From: Laetmonice hystrix
Lineage: Eukaryota
Length of the DNA stretch: 64,000 nucleotides
Direction of reading: 5' to 3'
Assembly: GCA_965235115.1 (NCBI GenBank)
Contig: OZ249447.1
Coordinates: 5,828,001 to 5,892,000, forward strand
The notes under the pieces were generated by a model that did not search any database, was not told the DNA's origin, and saw nothing but the letters and a program-made list of their open reading frames with translations. A program made the position numbers and the translations under genes. This document shows positions 62,248 to 64,000 of the stretch, in pieces; position 1 is the first letter of the stretch; the number at the start of each line of letters is the position of its first letter.

Positions 62248-63978
62248 TCAAGTAACAAAGTCATTCATTAGACAGGTCTTGTGTAACGCCTTGCCGTTGT
62301 CCACATTATATGTGATGCCGATATCTAGGAATCTGCAATGCCAACCAAAAAAACCTTTTAATTCACTGCAAGGGGTTACATCCCCTGGAAACGGCACTAA
62401 TAGTAATAGTCATTCATACAGCATCAATACTGATGTTTCCTCGCAGTAGTCCGAGTGTAATAAGTATAGCAATACTATAAAAAATATTTCAAAATGTTTC
62501 CCAAACGGTACCTTTTATTCTGAGCATGTTGTGCTATCTCTATGTGCCCCTCAATGGTAGTGTCTTGTACAACATCGAAGGCCTGGTCCAGGTAAACCAA
62601 ACTTTGCTGCCAATGAGTTGAGCTGAAATAATTCAAATGTAATGTACAATCGCAGATGTCTGCATCCACTATCTAATTAGTGGATATTGAATGTCAGAAG
62701 GGAGGCTCCAAGCTTCATGCCAGGCCTAATGATAGGCTCGAGGTGAAATCGAGAGCTTAGTTGGGCATAAAGCACCAGACTGGATACTGCTTGGTTCCAC
62801 TAATGTCTGATAATATCTGATAGTATGGGCTCAGAGAATCCAATGTGAATCGCCTGCAGAATAATTTAAATATTCGTGATTGCTAAAATACTTACTTTTC
62901 ATAGGGTGATGTCGAGAGTACAACGTCTTTGGGGAAAGTTACTTTAAACCAGGAAGCAAATCCATGAACTTTATTATGGCCAAAGCACTTGAATTTAAAG
63001 TTGGCCTGCAACAAAGAAACATTTGCAAGAAATAAATTTTATTCCACCATATCTAAAGCAATGCATCCTTGGCCTAGATTTGTAACTTTAGCATTTGTAA
63101 GGAGTAAGGTTAGGATTTGCTTATGTGAAATCAGCATAGAACCTTAAGTCGACATCAACAACAATGGGCCCAGAAAAATCTCTACCACTACTAACCTTGA
63201 CCTTTTGAAGGTCGGCTGGGTTTACGGTGACAAGGTCTAGGTGACAGATCTCAGACCCATGGGCCAGTATATTTTCTGGGTCCACTGTATTCACACCAAT
63301 GTGGTTCGACACACACCGGTTTGCATAGGTTACTAGGGATGCCATGTCTACCTTGTAGAGGGACTTCACTTCCTTCGTCCAAAAATGCTCTCTATGTGAA
63401 GCAAATGTCATGAAACTTTTTCAAGGGTATTAGGGTTATGAACATGTCACTTTTCCATTTTTTAGAGGCAAAAATGGAGCTATGCAAATCACATTCATGA
63501 AAAAAATCTGCTACTTCTTTTTATGGTTACATAAAATGCTCGACTCAACAGCATCCGGAAAAGACATTTATGGAAAAAGTTAAATATTGCCATAGAAATG
63601 TCAGTACAGTAGGTGTATAGCCAACCTGCTTACCTTTCTTTATACCGGTCAGTATCAGAGAACGGGGCAAGGTAGAGAGTGGCAGTCTCAGGTAACATGA
63701 TGCCATCCTGACAGGGAGAAAGGTTAATCATGCTCTTTAGGTGGACTGAATGCTAAGACATATTGGAAATGCTTTAAGAGAACAATGAAATTTTTTACAA
63801 GTCTTTGTTCTATTTTCTAATAGTGCATAAAAAACGGCATAAATAAGTACCGGTACTAGTCAGTATGGACTTTCTCTAATGGACCACAAATATAATATTC
63901 ATTATTTACCTTCTTCAGCCAGCGATCTCGAGCAAGAAGAACACTTGGGAGCATGGTTTCATACAGAAGGAAATAACC
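62248..63978 (-). CDS. PRMT6: Protein arginine N-methyltransferase, PRMT6-like, 3' part (5' end beyond the window). Exons 63910-63978, 63634-63707, 63196-63391, 62896-63005, 62512-62622, 62248-62332
   Basis: GYFLLYETMLPSVLLARDRWLKK (second double-E glutamate), ATLYLAP, FW..VKSLYKVDMASLVTYANRC (PRMT6-like dimerisation arm), VHGFASWF, LSTSP, THWQQ loop, VVQDT. Phases are consistent to TGA. Confidence 0.88.
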
Positions 63979-64000
63979 CTAAAAGTAAGCAGAATATCTA

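Noticed and set aside
4322-63978. Functional gene cluster linking CK, transporter, RAF and PRMT6
   Set aside because: Nothing beyond adjacency supports a shared pathway; only the head-to-head pair has a structural link.

Overview
This is eukaryotic, AT-rich, intron-rich invertebrate-type genomic DNA; the taxon cannot be assigned from the sequence. I could reconstruct four spliced genes by hand with consistent splice phases. (1) A three-domain flagellar-type creatine kinase on + (about 660/4322-12121), including one GC-AG intron. (2) A 13-exon SLC37/GlpT-family MFS sugar-phosphate transporter on - (14923-19592, 435 aa). (3) A B-Raf-like kinase on + (20824-55700, about 775 aa), head-to-head with gene 2, containing a U12-type intron. 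(4) The 3' six exons of an intron-containing PRMT6-like gene on - (62248-63978). The rest is introns with MITE-like elements and tandem repeats (81, 69, 72 and 35 bp units). There is no prokaryotic, CRISPR, rRNA or tRNA content. The strongest candidate for an undescribed system is isoform switching in RAF. Two duplicated, same-phase exons (44992-45187 and 45249-45456), only 61 nt apart, each encode the CR2 inhibitory 14-3-3 site. One is canonical (RERSTSAP) and the other lacks both basic residues (DEHSTSAP). In addition, a 1-kb intronic ORF (39951-40937) can splice in frame into the middle of the Ras-binding domain, and a symmetric hinge cassette exon is present. All isoform claims are sequence-based predictions without transcript evidence.
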